Positions 24,202-26,098 of a stretch of 26,098 nt of DNA are shown one piece after another. Below the pieces are notes generated by a model that saw only the letters and a list, made by a program, of their open reading frames with translations, was not told the origin of the DNA and made no database searches. This stretch comes from a virus (taxonomy: Duplodnaviria; Caudoviricetes): the IMG/VR virus record IMGVR_UViG_3300044621_000985, positions 1-26,098 of that record. One strand, written 5' to 3'. Positions within the stretch are counted from its first letter, which is position 1; every line of letters begins with the position of its first letter. The position numbers and the translations under genes are program-made.

Positions 24202-26046
24202 ATGCCCGCTCCTAGATTCGTCCTAGACGAGTTCTGGCCCTCCGATCTCTTCCTCGGCGGCATCCCCGGCGCCTGGTACGACCCGACCGACCTCTCGACG
24301 ATGTTCCAGGACAACACTGGATTGACTCCAGTGACCGCCGTCGAACAGCCGGTGGGCCTGATCTTCGACAAGTCGCAAGGCACGCCTGCGGCAAGGTACA
24401 ATCGGCTGACGTTCTCGGAGGACTTTGGGAATGCGGCGTGGGCAAAGGCAAACATTACCGTTTCTTCGAATTCAACGACAGCTCCAGATGGGACGCTGAC
24501 CGCTGACACGTACACGGTGACAGCCACTTTGTCGGCCATTTCGTATCAAGATGCGGTGGTGTCTGGTTCGACCATTACCTATAGCATTTACGCTAAGCAA
24601 AATTCTGGTGCGACGGACGCAAACACGTTTGCGGTATACAACCTCACAACCGCCACGATCCTTTCTATTTTTACGGTCAACTACGCAACCGGCGCGATTT
24701 CTCATGTGGTTGGAAGCGGCGCAACGGCAACAGCAGCGGGAAACGGATGGTGGCGCCTATCGGTCACGCACAGCAGCGGAGTGTCCGCTGGAAATTCCGT
24801 GCGCGTGTATCCATGCTTCATCGGGAACTCAGAAACCGCAGGCGAATCGGCCTTTATCTGGGGCGCCCAACTCGAAGCAGGCTCCACCGCCACGACCTAC
24901 CAGCGCATCACGAGCGGCACCGGAGGCGAGTGGACGCCCGGCAACCACGCCAGCCAATCGAACGCCGCCAGCCGCCCGACGTATCGGGCGCGGTATAATT
25001 TGCTCACGCAGTCGGAAGACTTCTCGCAGGCGGTGTGGGTCAAGACGGGCACCGGCACCGGATCTGCACCAGCGGTAACGACCAACGCGGCAACTGCGCC
25101 AGACGGAACGCTTACCGCGGATAGCATCGTATTTAATCGCGGTGCTGGAAACGCAGTAGGCGATCAATCATCCATCGCGCAAGCGCCTACGGTGTCAAAT
25201 GCAACGTACACGCAGACGGTGTGGCTAAAGGCAGCAACACCGGCAGACGTAGGCAAGCAGCTTGGCCTGCGAAATGTTGCGGCTGCGTCGTTTGTTACGG
25301 TCACTTTGACCGCAGACTGGGTGCGATATACGCGCACCGAGACTGGAGCAATCGCAAACTGGGAAATCACCAATCGAGGCACCATTACAACCAACAACAC
25401 CGTCACCGCGCTTGTCTGGGGCGCCCAACTCCTAACCGCCGCCGACGTCACCGCCACGGGCAACGCGTACCAGCGCATCGCCGCGGCGACGGTCTACGAC
25501 ACCGCCGCAGTGTTCCGGCCCTACCTCGCCTTCGATGGGCTCGACGACTCGCTGAGCACGAGCGCGATCAACTTCACGAGCACCGACAAGATGACGGTGT
25601 TTGCGGGGGTGACGAAGAGCAGTGATGCGGCATCGGGAACCGTGGTGGAACTGAGCGCGGACGTTGCTACAAACAACGGTACATTCTATATGCGCGCGCC
25701 AAATAGCGCGACGCCGGATTTCCTGTTTTTGAGCAAAGGAACGACATTCCGCTTTGTGCAGGCGACGCCGTTCGCATCACCAAGCACGGCCGTACTTACG
25801 GGTGTTGGCGACATCGCCGCGCCAGTTGTTGTTTTCCGTCGCAATGGCGCGCAAGTGGGCACAAACGCGTTGTCGCAAGGCACGGGCACATACGGGACAT
25901 ATCCGCTGTTCATTGGCCGGCAGAACAACGCAATTTACCCACTCAACGGCCGCCTCTTTTCCCTCATCGTCCGCGGCGCCGCCTCCTCGGTCACCGAGAT
26001 CGCCGACACGGAGCTTTGGGTCAACGCACGCACGGGGGCGTACTGA
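24202..26046 (+). CDS. Fibre/spike-like virion protein, 614 aa: LamG/ConA-like scaffold with two tandem carbohydrate-binding-like modules
   Basis: SD AAGGAG before ATG 24202 (track start 24088 overlaps the previous gene). GAWYDPTDLST..DKS..GNHASQ..RPTY..YLAFDGLDDSL scaffold; two copies of N.LT.SEDF...W..TAPDGTLTAD..WGAQL..YQRI. Confidence 0.7.
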   Translation: MPAPRFVLDEFWPSDLFLGGIPGAWYDPTDLSTMFQDNTGLTPVTAVEQPVGLIFDKSQGTPAARYNRLTFSEDFGNAAWAKANITVSSNSTTAPDGTLTADTYTVTATLSAISYQDAVVSGSTITYSIYAKQNSGATDANTFAVYNLTTATILSIFTVNYATGAISHVVGSGATATAAGNGWWRLSVTHSSGVSAGNSVRVYPCFIGNSETAGESAFIWGAQLEAGSTATTYQRITSGTGGEWTPGNHASQSNAASRPTYRARYNLLTQSEDFSQAVWVKTGTGTGSAPAVTTNAATAPDGTLTADSIVFNRGAGNAVGDQSSIAQAPTVSNATYTQTVWLKAATPADVGKQLGLRNVAAASFVTVTLTADWVRYTRTETGAIANWEITNRGTITTNNTVTALVWGAQLLTAADVTATGNAYQRIAAATVYDTAAVFRPYLAFDGLDDSLSTSAINFTSTDKMTVFAGVTKSSDAASGTVVELSADVATNNGTFYMRAPNSATPDFLFLSKGTTFRFVQATPFASPSTAVLTGVGDIAAPVVVFRRNGAQVGTNALSQGTGTYGTYPLFIGRQNNAIYPLNGRLFSLIVRGAASSVTEIADTELWVNARTGAY

Positions 26047-26098
26047 TGGAAACCTTCCGCACCATGATCGTGACCGCAGCCGACGCGCCCCTTGCGCG
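26046..26098 (+). CDS. 5' end of next gene (METFRTMIVTAADAPLA...), truncated by the window
   Basis: TGATG overlap with the stop of the fibre gene; open to the end of the window. Confidence 0.6.
   Translation, partial: METFRTMIVTAADAPLA

Overview
The window is about 26 kb of a GC-rich (roughly two-thirds G+C by eye) tailed dsDNA phage genome, with all credible genes on the + strand. 1-560 is a non-coding end/origin-like region with a hairpin, ~10-bp phased CTAG-rich repeats and a sharp GC-skew flip. 561-4647 is a nearly gap-free, translationally coupled chain of 14 small accessory genes (Cro-like HTH, Cys-rich Zn module, ERDEAR coiled coils, Ead/Ea22-like protein, a 21-aa micro-ORF) running directly into the terminase large subunit (4650-6284). 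After a 144-bp spacer comes a podovirus-type virion module: portal, scaffold, major capsid, two small head-associated genes, head-tail adaptor, a very large (1686 aa) nozzle/stabilisation protein, three Ala-rich internal/ejection proteins, a small beta protein, a multi-domain fibre/lectin-like protein and the start of one more gene. No integrase, tRNA, CRISPR, reverse transcriptase, tail tube/tape measure or clear small terminase is visible. Most notable: (i) repeat-bounded cassette architecture in the accessory genes, (ii) insert modules nested inside three virion proteins (visibly AT-richer in two of them), and (iii) apparent absence of CTCGAG, CTGCAG and GAGCTC across the window. Product calls rest on motifs and gene order, not database searches.
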